NCBI GenBank assembly: GCA_035221665.1
Contig: CM069133.1
Span: forward strand, 99,696,001-99,760,000
From: Okamejei kenojei
Lineage: Eukaryota
Reading direction: 5' to 3'
Length of the DNA: 64,000 nt
Part shown: in pieces, positions 63,071 to 64,000 of the stretch
How the letters are laid out: each line of letters begins with the position of its first letter
Numbering within the stretch: the first letter of the stretch is position 1
Position numbers and translations under genes: made by a program
Notes under the pieces: generated by a model
The model's database searches: none
The model's input: only the letters and a program-made list of their open reading frames with translations
What the model was told of the DNA's origin: nothing

Positions 63071-64000
63071 ATGGTTCACAGCTTGGTTTTGGAAAAGCTC
63101 CATCCAAGACCGCAAGAAATTGCAGCAAATTGTGGATGCAGCCAAGACTATTACACAAACCAACCTCCCTTCCATTGACTCCATTTATACCTCATGCTGC
63201 CTCGGCAAGGCCAACAGCATAATCAAGGATGAGATGCACCCTGGCTACTCCCTCTTCTCCCCTCTACCTTCAGGAAAAAGGTATAGAAGTGTGAAAACCC
63301 ACACCTCCAGATTCAGGGACAGTTTCTTCCCAGCTGTTATCAGGCAACTGAATCATCCTACCACAACCAGAAAGCAGTCCTGAACTACTATCTACCTCTT
63401 TGGTGACCCTTGGACTATCCTTGATTGGACTTTACTAGCTTTACCTTGTACTAAACATTATTCCTTTATCATGTATCTATAATCTGTAAATGGGTAGATT
63501 GTAATCATGTATTGTCTTTCTGCTGACTGGATAGCACACAGCAAAAGCTTTTCACTGCATCTTGGTGCACGTGACAATAATCTAAACTGCAACTGTAACT
63601 GCTAAAGGCAATTTTCTCCCTTAACATTTTAATCTCATTAGATTTTTGAAACGCAAAGTGAATTTTGAAACCAAACACATAGCCACTTTGGTGCTGAGAA
63701 AGATAATTGCTAATTCCTTGATCATTTGAAATAAAATACCAATTGCTAAAAAGGGACAAAATGAGTGAGGCAAAAATTAATAGTGAGAATGAGAGAAAAT
63801 GGTGATGTTTCTTCAATGTAATTTGATTTTTGTTTTCAGTAAGAAGGGTACATTTTGAAAGCTAAATTAATCTTTGACAGAAACTGGAAGTTCAAGAAGG
63901 GGGACAGAGAGCTAAGGAGGGAATTAAATTGAGAATTGTTTCTATATTTATTCAAGGTCAGCATTTATTGCCCATTCCTCAGTGCCTTAGTGATGGTAGT

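Larger units (their letters stand above)
62770..63600 (+). mobile_element. Rex1/Babar LINE 3' part, interrupted by the ribozyme retroposon
   Basis: LTNLYRCTIESILS...FTAWF...LPSGKRYRSVKTHTSRFRDSFFP; 3' hairpin and tail near 63550-63600. Confidence 0.85.

Noticed and set aside
62862-63383. 173-aa chimeric ORF
   Set aside because: Rex1 ORF with the 150-bp insertion (element plus TSD) that happens to keep the frame open

Overview
This is repeat-dense vertebrate nuclear DNA. The repeat families present (V-domain tRNA-SINEs of HE1 type, CR1 with SGNH-esterase ORF1, Rex1/Babar, Penelope, RTE, DIRS1) suggest a cartilaginous fish, probably a skate or ray; this is an inference. I found no convincing host protein-coding gene, so the window looks intergenic or deep-intronic, and nearly every ORF in the track is TE-derived or spurious. 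Main contents: (1) a full-length but mutated DIRS1-like tyrosine-recombinase retrotransposon (18868-24008) with inverted terminal repeats, internal complementary region, gag, RT/RNase H/methyltransferase and YR, plus a possible splice joining the pol ATG in frame to YR; (2) Penelope-like elements whose pseudo-LTRs carry minimal hammerhead ribozymes; (3) two copies of a ~140-bp TSD-flanked retroposon whose first 53 nt fold as a CPEB3-like HDV ribozyme with almost no P4, with the element 5' end exactly at the predicted cleavage site; (4) many CR1, Rex1/Babar and RTE remnants, Harbinger MITEs, a hAT-like element, GC-rich non-autonomous retroposons and a 129-N assembly gap. Boundaries of old degenerate repeats are approximate. 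All calls were made by eye without database searches.
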